The notes below the pieces were generated by a model. It was not told where the DNA came from. It worked only from the letters and a program-made list of their open reading frames with translations, and made no database searches. From positions 16,563 through 80,562 of IMG/VR virus record IMGVR_UViG_3300017987_000073: a stretch of DNA of 64,000 bases. One strand, given 5' to 3'. The stretch's first letter is position 1, and each line of letters starts with the position of its first letter. This document shows, piece by piece, positions 52,934-63,074 of this stretch. This stretch comes from a virus. Position numbers and translations under genes: made by a program.

Positions 52934-55396
52934 CTACGTGCTCGGAGCCACGATCGAAACGAACACGTTGTCCGAGTCCAGCATCGGGAGCTCGGTCTCC
53001 AGGAGCTCGTTGTCCTCGCTCGGGATCGAGATGTCCACGTCGAAGCAGTTCCCCGGGGAGATCTGAAAGACCTCCGACCCGATTCTCGAGTTGGGCACCC
53101 GCCCGCCGAACGACCACACGAACTTCGTCCCGTCGGACGTCTTCGAGGTCGGGTTGAGGAGCGAGGCGAGCCGCGTCTTCACGAGGGTCTCGGTCAACGC
53201 CGAGTTGGCCTCGACGCTCATCGTAACCGGGATCAAGCGCGGCGTGAAGTTGATCACCGTCGTCTCGACGTTCTGCTGACCCACGCCCTCCACCCCGGTG
53301 GAGTCGTTCCCGTTGAAGTACTCCTCGAGTTCCTCCTTGACCGAGTTGGAGATCGAGACCCCGTTCGTCCCGACCACGACGAGCATGATCGTCTTGGGCC
53401 CGAAGCCCTCCTCGATCGCCTTCGCCCGGACGATCGGACGCGTGCCCGCGGTCGTCTCGAACGCCAGGGCCAGGTCCTCGTAATCGGAGGGCGCGGAGGC
53501 GCGGTTTCCGGTTCGCAGGGACGCCGGGCCCTCCTCCTTGACCAGGGCGAGGGACTCGTCCGAGGCGCCGTCCGCCTCCCTCCAGCCGCTCGCCGGCCGC
53601 GGGTTGGTGACCGACTTCAGGAACGCCGCCCCCTCCGCGTTGACCGTGATCGTGTCGGACCCCACGTTCCCGTCGTCGGACGCGTTGATCCGGTAGACGA
53701 ACCGGACGTTGTCCGTCCCGAGCGGCGGGATCTTGCCCCTGGTTCCGTCCCCGAACTTCACCTTCAAGGTCCCGAGGGAGTCCTGCTTCACCGTGAAGTG
53801 GCGGTCCTTGCTCCCCGAGGTCAGGAGGGACTTCCCGAGCGCCGTGAGGTTCGTCCACTCCACCTCGCCGCCGCCCTCGTCGACGTAACACTCGACCGTG
53901 TCCCGGAGACCCGGGGTCGACTGGAGCTCGAACTCCTGGCTCGGTTGACCGTTCGAGGAGACCGTCGGCTCGTTGTCCACCGTCTCGCCCTGCGTCGCGT
54001 CGATCAGGACGTACTGAGACCCCTCGTCGATCAGGATCGTGTCGATCTCCGGCTCCGCCCCCGAGCCACTCGCGTCCACCACGCGGTAGCGCAGGTAGAA
54101 GCCCTCGACGTCCTCCACCGTAACCTTCTGCCAGTTCTTCAGTATCGTCTGAGGGAGCTCGAACTCGACCTTCCCGTCCGTGTCCAGCTCGCCGATCTCG
54201 TTCGCCGTGAAGGTGAGGAAGGGGTTCCACGCAACCCCGACCGAGTAGTCCTCCGGATCCTCCGAGGGCGTCCCCGACTGCCCGAGGAACGCCGAGGTCG
54301 TGACCGCGTTCCCCGGCCCGATCCAGGTGCTCTCGAGCTCCTCGAAGACCCCGGTCGGGAGGTACGTCACCTTGACCACCGCCCCGTGGAGATCCGAGCT
54401 CCCCAGGAGGGTGGTCAGATCGAAGCGGAGCTGCGTCCCCAGGTTCGTGACGTCGTCCGGCGTCTCGTCCCCGAGGTCCGGGTCGTAGTACTCCCAGACC
54501 CCAGAGAAGTTGGCGGCGGCCCCCACGAAGGTGAAGTCCATTCGATCCCACATCACGTGGGAGCTCCCGACGTAGAGGAGGTCCCCCTCGTCCGGCCCGT
54601 CCGCCCAGGGCGAGAACGTCGGAGCCCCGGCCGAGTTGACGTCGCTCGCCCCGTTGGCGGTCCAGGCCCGGATCGTCCACGACAGACCCGTCTCGAAGAT
54701 GAACAGCGGCGTGTCGCCGCCGAGGGTGGCTTCCAGGCGGACCTTCGAGGTCGCCCCGGTCTGGAGGATCTCCGCGATCCGAAACGTCCCGTTGTTCCCC
54801 AGGATCGACCCACTGACCTGGAGTTGCTTCCCCACGTCGAGCGAGCTCACCGCCATCGCCGCGGACTCGAAGGCGTCCGGGTCCCCGACCACCGACGCCC
54901 CGTCCGTCCCGTCTCGGTCGTACTCGAGCCCGAAGACCCCGTCCACCTGGTTCGATGGTCCGACGTCGTAGGCTTCGTCCACGTTCTCGAAGGGGATCGG
55001 GTCCGAGTCGTTCTCCCGCTCCGTCTCGAACAGGGAGTCCGCCTCCAGGATCCGGACCGAGCTCGTCGGAACTTGCGTCAACTCCGCCAGGAGCTCGACC
55101 GTCGATGGCGAGTAATCCCGAAGCTGGAAGTCGATCAGCTCGAGCAGGAGTCGGACCGAGTCCTGGAGCTTCGCCGTCTCCAGGAGGTTCTCGTTCGCCG
55201 CCAGGTCGAGGAGGACGTTGTTCAGGTGCCCGACCAGGGCGAACGCCCGCTCGAGCTGGATGAAGGGCTCCTCGGCGACCTCGGAGGTGATCTCCGGCGC
55301 GTACACCCGGTTGTAGAGCCGAACTCTTCTGAGAATTTCGGCGTAATAGAATCCTGAGAACTGAAAGTCCGGGACGATTATCTTCGTGGTCGACAC
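52934..55396 (-). CDS. baseplate J-like wedge protein
   Basis: ANENLLETA, SNGQPSQEF, FGDG.RGKIP, GNVG, G.D.ES, RA....DYE.LA. Confidence 0.9.
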   Translation of the reverse strand: MSTTKIIVPDFQFSGFYYAEILRRVRLYNRVYAPEITSEVAEEPFIQLERAFALVGHLNNVLLDLAANENLLETAKLQDSVRLLLELIDFQLRDYSPSTVELLAELTQVPTSSVRILEADSLFETERENDSDPIPFENVDEAYDVGPSNQVDGVFGLEYDRDGTDGASVVGDPDAFESAAMAVSSLDVGKQLQVSGSILGNNGTFRIAEILQTGATSKVRLEATLGGDTPLFIFETGLSWTIRAWTANGASDVNSAGAPTFSPWADGPDEGDLLYVGSSHVMWDRMDFTFVGAAANFSGVWEYYDPDLGDETPDDVTNLGTQLRFDLTTLLGSSDLHGAVVKVTYLPTGVFEELESTWIGPGNAVTTSAFLGQSGTPSEDPEDYSVGVAWNPFLTFTANEIGELDTDGKVEFELPQTILKNWQKVTVEDVEGFYLRYRVVDASGSGAEPEIDTILIDEGSQYVLIDATQGETVDNEPTVSSNGQPSQEFELQSTPGLRDTVECYVDEGGGEVEWTNLTALGKSLLTSGSKDRHFTVKQDSLGTLKVKFGDGTRGKIPPLGTDNVRFVYRINASDDGNVGSDTITVNAEGAAFLKSVTNPRPASGWREADGASDESLALVKEEGPASLRTGNRASAPSDYEDLALAFETTAGTRPIVRAKAIEEGFGPKTIMLVVVGTNGVSISNSVKEELEEYFNGNDSTGVEGVGQQNVETTVINFTPRLIPVTMSVEANSALTETLVKTRLASLLNPTSKTSDGTKFVWSFGGRVPNSRIGSEVFQISPGNCFDVDISIPSEDNELLETELPMLDSDNVFVSIVAPST

Positions 55397-55399
55397 TGT

Positions 55400-55705
55400 C
55401 TAGCCCTCCTTCAAGTCCTCGGCCACCGCGAGGACCTCGGTCGACGGCGTCTTCCGAGTTCCCCGGACGCAGTCCAGCCGCGTCCACATCGCGTGGAGCG
55501 CCACGACCAGCTTGTTGATCTCCACTTGCGACGCGTGGATCCCCTTCAGCTCGGTGGCGATCACCTTGTGAGTCCGCTCGATCCGTTTGATCGCGACGTC
55601 GTGCTCGTCGAGCTTCTTCAGGATCTCGTCTTGCTTTCGAACGCAATCGAGGTGCGCGTCCATCGCCTCCGGATTCGTGACCACCGTTTTCTCGTCTTCG
55701 CTCAT
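55400..55705 (-). CDS. small coiled-coil hypothetical protein
   Basis: ATG 55705 (MSEDEK); codon pattern. Confidence 0.55.
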   Translation of the reverse strand: MSEDEKTVVTNPEAMDAHLDCVRKQDEILKKLDEHDVAIKRIERTHKVIATELKGIHASQVEINKLVVALHAMWTRLDCVRGTRKTPSTEVLAVAEDLKEG

Positions 55706-55707
55706 CT

Positions 55708-56136
55708 TCAACCACCGCTGGAGTTGACCGATGGGGCGGTCCGGAGGGCGTCCTTCAGGTTCGTGACCAGCTCGCCCTCCTTGTCCGCCTCCAGGTCGAT
55801 GTACTTCAACCGAGCGACCAGCTCGGCGCCCTCGTCGTTGAATCTCAACCCGTCCCGCCCGGGCGCCAGACGCGCGATCCCCGCGAGCCGCAACCGCTTG
55901 AAGAACTGGTTGATCTGCCTCCGTGCCCCCGCTTGCGCCCCCGGCGCGTTGTTCGCGAACACGAACCGCTCGGAGATCCCGATCTCGACCCCCTGCCCGG
56001 CCTGGAAGGGGTTCTTCGAGACGTTCGGCGTCAACCCCGCCGCGATAGTCTGCTCCGTGTAGTCGGTCCCCTCGGTCGTCGCCGCCCCGCCCTTCTTCGT
56101 CACCCTCACCGGGAGCACCATTCCTTTCTTGGCCAT
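55708..56136 (-). CDS. gp25/gpW-like baseplate sheath initiator (putative)
   Basis: Size and position between spike and J-like genes; C-terminal V.LKY. Confidence 0.5.
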   Translation of the reverse strand: MAKKGMVLPVRVTKKGGAATTEGTDYTEQTIAAGLTPNVSKNPFQAGQGVEIGISERFVFANNAPGAQAGARRQINQFFKRLRLAGIARLAPGRDGLRFNDEGAELVARLKYIDLEADKEGELVTNLKDALRTAPSVNSSGG

Positions 56137-56139
56137 CCG

Positions 56140-56895
56140 TCACTCCGTCTTGCACTTGGTCGAGAGCCAGCTCGACAGCTTGCCCTTGAACGCCGTGACC
56201 ACCCCCTGAAACGCCGTGATCGCCGACGACCACGCGCTCCCGCCCGCCGCCAGGTTGTCCACCGACGGCTTGACCGCCGTCGCGAACGCGATCAGCATGT
56301 CCGTCGTCGCCGGGATCCCGGGGGTCAACGCCTGCCACGTTTGGAGCGCCGTCTTCATCGCCCCCCAGAAGGTGGCCTCGTTCCCAGCGAGCGCGTTCTC
56401 CGCGATCAGGTACGCCCCCTCCCCGGTCAGGTAGATCTCCAGCTCCTGGTTGTACGTGTCCCCCCTCACCAGCGGGTGACTCGCTTCCTCCTCGCCTAGC
56501 CGCACCTTCCCGGAGATCAACGCAGTCAACGCCTTCTTCTTGTCCTGGAGGAAGACCTCGTCCCCGAACTTGACCCCGCCCCGTTTCGTCGGGTCGCTCT
56601 GGAACTCGCTAGGGATCGCGTCCTCCGAGGTGTAGAGCATCCCCACCCACCGCGGATCGAGGTTCTCGACCGCCTCCTCCTCGTCCTCCAGGACCTCGAG
56701 CTCCAGGAGCGTCCCCACCTGCGGCGCGTAGTAGAAACCCTCGCCTCCGCCGGCGAACGGGTACCGCCCAGGCGTCAGGTTCTCGTCGTCCAGCGCCCCG
56801 CCGTCGACCAGGTCGTTGACCTGCACCTTCACCGCCCCGAGCTTGTCGGAGTCCTCGTTGCTCAGGACCTTCGCCAGGAAGACCGCCCTTTTCAC
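56140..56895 (-). CDS. baseplate spike (gpV/gp5 OB-fold)
   Basis: AKV..NED.DKLG.VKV, GFYYAPQVG; C-terminal WLS.K..TE; GTG 56895. Confidence 0.75.
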   Translation of the reverse strand: MKRAVFLAKVLSNEDSDKLGAVKVQVNDLVDGGALDDENLTPGRYPFAGGGEGFYYAPQVGTLLELEVLEDEEEAVENLDPRWVGMLYTSEDAIPSEFQSDPTKRGGVKFGDEVFLQDKKKALTALISGKVRLGEEEASHPLVRGDTYNQELEIYLTGEGAYLIAENALAGNEATFWGAMKTALQTWQALTPGIPATTDMLIAFATAVKPSVDNLAAGGSAWSSAITAFQGVVTAFKGKLSSWLSTKCKTE

Positions 56896-58088
56896 GTCGT
56901 CGCCTCCCTCTGCTTCACGTTCGAGAAGTTGTTCGCCGACCCGAGGACGTTCTCCAGGGCCACCTTCCGCGCCGTGAAGGACACCTCGTAAAGCGACCTC
57001 CCCTGCATCCGGTGGGTGACGCTCGTGAAGTGCCAATCCCCGGAGAGTCGAGTCCCGATCCCCGCGAGTTCGTGCACTTGACCCCGCCGCACGTCGGACA
57101 CCCCCACCACGGACCCCGAAGCGAGGGCGAACTCGTCCTGGATTCCCTGGAACCACGCCGCCGCTGCCCGCTTGGCGTCCGCCGGCGTCTTGAAGGTCCG
57201 CCCGACCAGGGTCCGCGTCCGCTGGCCGAAGATCGTGAAGGTCACCGCCGGCCCGTTCGGGATCTCCCGCTTCAGCTTCTTGTTGTCTACGAAGAGCGTG
57301 TCCTCCGCCTTCTTGCGCTTCACCTCCACCTCGAGTCGCCGGGTCTTCCGCGTCTTCGCGTCCGTGTAGGTCATCTCGAGCTTCGTCGCCTGTCCGGCGA
57401 GGCTCACGTCCGGTCGGAAGTCGAGGAGCGTCGCGTCCGGTTCGCCCGTGCCGTAGATGAACTTGTACTTGTTCGGTTGATCCTCCAGGTCCGGCGGCCC
57501 GAAGTACCCGACGTTCGTCTTCTTCTGCGGGTCGTACTTCAGGTAAACGACGAAGTCGTTGATCCGCGCGAGCCGCTTGAGGAACTGCCACTTCGTGACG
57601 CCCTTCTTTCGCGTCCGCGTCTTCAGGTCCGCCGTCTCGAACACGAAGGGCGCCGCCTCGATTTCGGAGAAGAGCTCACTCGCGATCTCGGAGTCCCGCT
57701 TCTTCCGGTAGGTCCGCCCCTTGTCGTTGTCGTCGACCTTCATCAACTTGCGCGAGAGGTCGTGGGCGACGATCCTCATCCGAGGGATCCCACCGCGGGG
57801 AAAGTGCGGGTTCGGCCGGACGATCACCCCTCGTGCCATAAACTCCAGCGGTCGCGCCACGTAACCCATCCACAGGTCCACCTTGTTCCCCTCGGCGAAG
57901 ACCTTGGACTCCAGGAACCGAAAGCTCTGGTCCGCCACCCCGATCGAGATCTTGGACGCCGAGTTCTCCTGCTCGGTGAACTCCACCCCGGTGATGAAGC
58001 GAGTCACGTCCTCCGAGAGCTTCGTCTCCTCGACCTTGATCAGGTACCGGGGCGCCAGGTAGGCGTCGATCGAGGTCACCGTCGCCAT
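56892..58088 (-). CDS. baseplate hub / late control gpD-like protein
   Basis: G.KV.L.MGY, WQFLKRLAR, G....L.GIG.RLSGDW.FTSVTH; ATG 58088. Confidence 0.85.
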   Translation of the reverse strand: MATVTSIDAYLAPRYLIKVEETKLSEDVTRFITGVEFTEQENSASKISIGVADQSFRFLESKVFAEGNKVDLWMGYVARPLEFMARGVIVRPNPHFPRGGIPRMRIVAHDLSRKLMKVDDNDKGRTYRKKRDSEIASELFSEIEAAPFVFETADLKTRTRKKGVTKWQFLKRLARINDFVVYLKYDPQKKTNVGYFGPPDLEDQPNKYKFIYGTGEPDATLLDFRPDVSLAGQATKLEMTYTDAKTRKTRRLEVEVKRKKAEDTLFVDNKKLKREIPNGPAVTFTIFGQRTRTLVGRTFKTPADAKRAAAAWFQGIQDEFALASGSVVGVSDVRRGQVHELAGIGTRLSGDWHFTSVTHRMQGRSLYEVSFTARKVALENVLGSANNFSNVKQREATT

Positions 58089-58354
58089 CAGTCGTTCTCC
58101 GCCTCGATCTCGTCGTCCGCCCAGACCAGTTTCGTCTTCCCGTGGTGTCCGTGCACCGTCCGCGCGTGCGCCTCCCCGCGGCGCGTCAAGTCCTCCGGGA
58201 GCCCCTCGTAGTTGACGAAGGACGGCGTCGCCCCCACCCACCGGATCGAAACGGACCCGTCGCTCCAGCGCACCCCCTCACCCACGATCCCCCGCCCGGA
58301 GACGCCCGTCTCGTCCTCGATCCGCACCAAGTAGAAGATCCTAGCTATCGTCAC
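58088..58354 (-). CDS. conserved small phage protein
   Basis: F.L.R.EDETGVSG.G.V.EGV.WSDG.V.IRW...HGH.G.T motif; GTG 58354. Confidence 0.7.
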   Translation of the reverse strand: MTIARIFYLVRIEDETGVSGRGIVGEGVRWSDGSVSIRWVGATPSFVNYEGLPEDLTRRGEAHARTVHGHHGKTKLVWADDEIEAEND

Positions 58355-59175
58355 AGGAATTCGTCCTCCGCGGTGTCGGCGAACGCCGTCGTCCAACTGT
58401 CCCCGCTCCGATCGTCGAAGATCTCCCGCCGACGCTCCTCCGCCGCCTCGTGGTCGATCCCCCGCTTGAACGCGTGAAACTCCGGCTCCACCTCGAGCGT
58501 CACCAGGTACTCCTCCGGGAAGACGTGCACCGGATCCCGCGGGCGGAGCTCGGCGAGGTCCATCCCAGGGATCCGCGGGTTGAGCTGGCGGAGAAGAATC
58601 CCGAGCTCCGGGTCCCCGTACTCGTCCAGGGCGATGTCCTCGTACAGGTCCCCCTGCCTCGCTCGCCGAACCCGCGTGAACGACTCCGGCACCGTGGGAT
58701 CCGTCGCCTGGAACTCCAGCGCCTCGTACCGATCGAGGGTGATCTGGAGCGTCACTCCGCGGAGCGTTCCGTCGTTCCGCGGCTCGTCGTAGGTGATCCC
58801 CCCGAGCGAACGGACCAGGCAGTCGACCGATAGGCTTCGCACGTCCCCCACCGAGAACGCGCAGATCGGGATCCGCTTCAGGTCGTCCTGACGTCGAACC
58901 AGGTCCTCCAGGCGGTCCAGCCGCTCGTCCGGCGTGAAGTCGGTGGAGTCCTTCGCCCACAACTTCGCCGTGAAGGTGATCGTCTCGAGCTCGCCGGCGA
59001 CCCACTGAAGGATCGGGTACTGCGAGTTGTAGGAGCGCGCCTGAGCGATCGACGCCGAGAGGTTCTTGGTCAACCCCTGGGCGACGAACTGGCCGACGAT
59101 GTCCTCGTTCCGGTCCAGGTCGGTCAGCGTCCAGAGCTTCGCCCAGTCGCCGCTCGCTCCGATTCCCGCGGTCAT
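58351..59175 (-). CDS. tail tube initiator (gpU-like fused to a LysM/gpX domain)
   Basis: PILQW..G..ETITF; GDLYEDIALDEYGDP....L..LNP. Confidence 0.8.
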   Translation of the reverse strand: MTAGIGASGDWAKLWTLTDLDRNEDIVGQFVAQGLTKNLSASIAQARSYNSQYPILQWVAGELETITFTAKLWAKDSTDFTPDERLDRLEDLVRRQDDLKRIPICAFSVGDVRSLSVDCLVRSLGGITYDEPRNDGTLRGVTLQITLDRYEALEFQATDPTVPESFTRVRRARQGDLYEDIALDEYGDPELGILLRQLNPRIPGMDLAELRPRDPVHVFPEEYLVTLEVEPEFHAFKRGIDHEAAEERRREIFDDRSGDSWTTAFADTAEDEFL

Positions 59176-61841
59176 CTGCCACCTCCGAGGAAGCCCCGCT
59201 CGAGCAGGTCTCGACGCACCCCCGGGTCGAGGTCCACGCCGCCCCGCTCGAGCTCGTCGAGTTGCACCTCCGCCACCGCGATCGCGATCTGGCGCCCGTC
59301 GATCTCCACCGGGACCTGGATCGTGATCGGCGCGCTCGGAGCCGCCGGCGGCGGACTCACCCTCCCGAGGTCACCGCCCCCCAGGGTCCCCGCTCCCGCC
59401 TGCCCGATCAGACCTCCTCGCATCTGAGAGACGACCGCCTGGGCTAAACTCGCGCGGTCCAGAAGTACGTCCCCGGCCGAGACCGGGAGGAACCCCCCGC
59501 CTGTCACGAAGGCGTCCCGAGCCGGTCGAACCTTCTCCGACATCTTCGGCGCCCCCGCGGCCCCTCCGCCCGGCGTCCTCACCTTGATTCCTCGGAACGT
59601 CCCGGCCAGGTTCGAGAGCGTTCGATTGATCTCCGCTTGGCTCATGTTCTGCTTCTGGAGAAACTCCGAGATCCTCGTCTGCGCGAACTGCTGAGTCAGG
59701 GCGACCCGCTTCTTCTGCGCCCCGTCCCAGACCTCGATCGTCTTGACTCCCTTCTGAGAGAGCCTGGCGTAGGTGTTGGCCATCTGGATCGCGTTGGAGA
59801 TCGCCGAGCTCTGCTCGAAGTTGGCGACTCGTTGCTTGCTCGCCGCCTTCTCGCTCGCGTTGAAGAGGTTGTACAAACTGTTGGCCAGCTTGTCCGAGAT
59901 CCCGAACTTCTGGTCCAACCACTTGCCGAACCTCCACCCCGCGTACCCCGCGGCCGCGACCGCGATCCCCGCCGGTCCGAAGCGCGCCGCCAACTTCGCC
60001 GCGGACGTCGCCAGACCTCGCGCGCCGGCGATCGCCTTGCCGAACGCGACGCCCACCGGCATCTTCCCGAGCGCCGAGAGCTTCGCCCAGAGCCCGCCGG
60101 CGCCCCCCGCTCCCCCGAAGGGAAGCGAGAGTTGCCCCGGGAGCGCCCCGCCTCCGAGTCCACCTATCCCCGCTTCGTCGAAGTTGACCACGTAAACCCG
60201 CTGCGCCGTCGCCTTCTCCGCCACCCTCCCGGCCTTCCCGAGCAGTCCGCCGAGCTTCCCGAGCAGTCCGCCGACTCGCGGGATCTTGCTTCCCACCGTA
60301 GCCAGGACCCCGCCGGCGGTTCGCGTCGCGAGCGCCAGGGTGTTCCCGACCACCTTCGCCGCCCCGAGCCCGACGTTCGCCAGCCCGCCGAAGAGCTTCG
60401 TCGCCCCCGCGATCGCCAACCCCAGGGGCGCGAAGACCGCGGCGAGCGTCGCGAACTTCGTGATCATCTTGGCGGTCCCCCGAGTCCCCTCCTCGGTCCC
60501 GAACCCGAGCGACTTGAACACGCCCTTGACCGTGTCCCACACCCCCTTCAGGACCACCTTCGCCTCCGCGAAGCCCTCCTTGATCCCCCTCGCCGCCTCC
60601 AGGAAGGATTGAGGGAGGAGCTTCACCTGTTTCTTCGTCTCCTCGTCGACGAACTTCTCCCCCCGGACCACCCGGAGCGCGAGCGAGAGCTTCCCGATGT
60701 TGTCCGCCAAGTTGCCCACCCCGACCCGAAGCTCGCTCGCGATCAGCCCGTAGAGCTCGATGTTCACCGCCTCGACCGCCGAGCGGACCAGCTTCAACTG
60801 ACCGCCGAGGGTCTTCATCTGGAGCGCCTTCATGATCTCGGCCGTCGAACCGGTCTCCTTCTGGAGCTCGAGCTGCTTCTTCCGGAACTCGTCGAGCTCC
60901 GCGCCGGTCAGGTTGAACGCCGACATCACCGCGACCGCCCGCTTCCCGAAGACCTTCATCGCCGTGTCGACTCGAGTCGCCCGGTCGGGGATCTTCCGGA
61001 GCTTGGCCGCGAAACCCAGCATGATCTCGGACATCGGTTTCAGTTCGCCCTTGGAGTTCCGGATCACCTCGTTCAGACCCGCCCGACCTCCGATCGCGTT
61101 CAGGACCTTCTTGGTCGGCGAGAGGATCTGCGACATCGCTCCGCGGAGCGCCGTCCCGGCGAGCGTGCCCTTCAGTCCGATGTCGGCGAGCGATCCGAGC
61201 GCCAGGGCCGTGTCCTTGAAGGCGAACCCCGCGAGGTTCGCCGTCGGCGCGGCGAGCTTCATCCCCTCCTGGAGGCTGACCATGTTGGTGTTGGTCCGTG
61301 CCGAGACCAGGGCGAGCGACCCGGCCACCGTCGCGGCCTTCTTCGCCTCCAGGTGGAAGCCCTTCATATTCGAGACGACCATATCGGCGGCCGTCGCGAG
61401 GTCGATCCCCTCGGCCGCCGCCGCGGCGAGAGTCCCGGGGATCGCCTGCGCCACCTGGTGAGCCTTCAGACCTCCCCGGGCGAGGTTGGTCATCGCGTCC
61501 GCCGCCTCGCTCGCCGAGAACTTGGTCGTCGCCCCCATCGTCTTCGCGAGCCCCTTGAGCCCCGCGGTCACCTTCCCGGTCACGTCGAGGGTCACGGCCT
61601 TGAGGTTCGCCATCGACTGCTCGAACTTCATACCGTCCCGGATCATGAACCCGAAACCGGCGGAGACCGGGAGGAGCGAGGTCGCGACGCTCCCCAACCC
61701 TCGGCCGAGCTGCGCGACGCCCCGTCCTATCCCTCTGAATCTCTCCTGGAGGTTGGCCGCGACGCGACCGACGCGCCCCATCCCGCGGGACGCGCCCTTG
61801 TCCACAAAGGTGAGGATCGCTGCGAGCCCGAACTTCTTCAC
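59172..61841 (-). CDS. tail tape measure protein (TP901-like core)
   Basis: FEQSMAN, TTKFSASEAADAM..LA, GLKGTLAGTALR; Ala/Gly-rich helical sequence. Confidence 0.95.
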   Translation of the reverse strand: MKKFGLAAILTFVDKGASRGMGRVGRVAANLQERFRGIGRGVAQLGRGLGSVATSLLPVSAGFGFMIRDGMKFEQSMANLKAVTLDVTGKVTAGLKGLAKTMGATTKFSASEAADAMTNLARGGLKAHQVAQAIPGTLAAAAAEGIDLATAADMVVSNMKGFHLEAKKAATVAGSLALVSARTNTNMVSLQEGMKLAAPTANLAGFAFKDTALALGSLADIGLKGTLAGTALRGAMSQILSPTKKVLNAIGGRAGLNEVIRNSKGELKPMSEIMLGFAAKLRKIPDRATRVDTAMKVFGKRAVAVMSAFNLTGAELDEFRKKQLELQKETGSTAEIMKALQMKTLGGQLKLVRSAVEAVNIELYGLIASELRVGVGNLADNIGKLSLALRVVRGEKFVDEETKKQVKLLPQSFLEAARGIKEGFAEAKVVLKGVWDTVKGVFKSLGFGTEEGTRGTAKMITKFATLAAVFAPLGLAIAGATKLFGGLANVGLGAAKVVGNTLALATRTAGGVLATVGSKIPRVGGLLGKLGGLLGKAGRVAEKATAQRVYVVNFDEAGIGGLGGGALPGQLSLPFGGAGGAGGLWAKLSALGKMPVGVAFGKAIAGARGLATSAAKLAARFGPAGIAVAAAGYAGWRFGKWLDQKFGISDKLANSLYNLFNASEKAASKQRVANFEQSSAISNAIQMANTYARLSQKGVKTIEVWDGAQKKRVALTQQFAQTRISEFLQKQNMSQAEINRTLSNLAGTFRGIKVRTPGGGAAGAPKMSEKVRPARDAFVTGGGFLPVSAGDVLLDRASLAQAVVSQMRGGLIGQAGAGTLGGGDLGRVSPPPAAPSAPITIQVPVEIDGRQIAIAVAEVQLDELERGGVDLDPGVRRDLLERGFLGGGR

Positions 61842-61884
61842 GTCCCGGTCCTCCTCCCCCGGAACGCCTCGCGGCGACCGCGGG

Positions 61885-63074
61885 TCAGATCTGCGGCTTC
61901 TGCTTCGAGGCCCGCTTCCGCGCCTCGTTCATCTTCACGATCCGCCGCAACGTCCAAGTCCTCTTCTCCGGCGTCATCTCCCGAACGTCACCCGCCCGAA
62001 ACGCGCCGTCGGATCCCAAGACGATCGCGAACTCCTCCTCCCAGAGCTGCGCCCGGGTGCTCAGTGGGAGGAAGGTGCGAAAAAATCGTCGTAGGACCAG
62101 TCGATCGCGTAGCGAAAGTCCTCCTTGCAGTGGGGACAGTCGCCCGCGACCTCCATCACCGCCCCGCCGTTGCACTGGTCGATCTCCTCCACGAGCCGGT
62201 TGATCTCCCGCGGCTTCATCGACCGAAGGTGCTCCGTCGTCAGCACCACCGGGCCCTCCGGGGCCCCCTCGATCTCCACCACCCCCTGGCGGAGCGTCTC
62301 CGCCTTGAACTTCGCCGAGTTCTTCAGCACCGAAGCGTCGTCCGCCTCCATAAAGGCCCACTTGATCGGACCCACCACAAACACCGTCCGCCGCTCGCCG
62401 CCGTACTTCACCCCGTGCTCGAGCACCACCCGACGCCGGGGGATCTCGTCGTAGCTCTTCACCTCGAGCGTCCGGAGGTCCCCGACGAACCCGTCGATCC
62501 ACTTCCCGCACCGGTGCTTGAAGCGGTCGAGCCTCAACCCGTGCCCGAGCGCCTCGATCCGGATCCACACGTACAGGTACAGAGCGTCCGAGAAGTACAG
62601 CGACCGCGCCAGGAGTCGGCGCTGACTGCGCTTCATCCTCGACAGATCCACCGACCCGATCCGCTTCACCGCGTGCCCGATCACCTCCGAGACGTACTGA
62701 TTCAGCGGCATGTCCGGGTTCTGCTCGGCCAAGTCGCCGAGCTTCTCCTCCATCTCCCAGTCCCACTCGGCGAGCTCGAAGTCCCGGTGCTTCGTCCCGG
62801 TGTGGTCGACGAACCCGATCGGGAGGACCTTCCCCACCTCCCGCAGGGTCGGGAGCGTCTCCTCCTCGACCGGCGCCCCGTCGAGCTCGACCAGCTCCGG
62901 GGGGATCTCCCCCAGGAGCGGGTCGAAGTTCGGAGATTCCTCCTTCTCCCGCCGGGCCTTCACCTCCTCGTGAGCGCGTTTCTGCACGCCGTCGCTCACG
63001 CGTTGGGCAAGCTCCCTCGCCTGCGCGGCCTCGGCCGCGATCGCTCTGCTCTCTCTCTGTTCCGCGGTGCTCAT
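61885..63074 (-). CDS. tail assembly chaperone, -1 frameshift (G-T) extended product
   Basis: T TTT TTC slippery heptamer at 62085-62079; the -1 frame reads FRTFLPLSTRAQLWEE...KQKPQI to the stop at 61885. Confidence 0.78.
62061..63074 (-). CDS. tail assembly chaperone (gpG-like)
   Basis: Between tube and tape measure genes; LPIGFVD, CPHC, ends DFF. Confidence 0.8.
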   Translation of the reverse strand: MSTAEQRESRAIAAEAAQARELAQRVSDGVQKRAHEEVKARREKEESPNFDPLLGEIPPELVELDGAPVEEETLPTLREVGKVLPIGFVDHTGTKHRDFELAEWDWEMEEKLGDLAEQNPDMPLNQYVSEVIGHAVKRIGSVDLSRMKRSQRRLLARSLYFSDALYLYVWIRIEALGHGLRLDRFKHRCGKWIDGFVGDLRTLEVKSYDEIPRRRVVLEHGVKYGGERRTVFVVGPIKWAFMEADDASVLKNSAKFKAETLRQGVVEIEGAPEGPVVLTTEHLRSMKPREINRLVEEIDQCNGGAVMEVAGDCPHCKEDFRYAIDWSYDDFFAPSSH

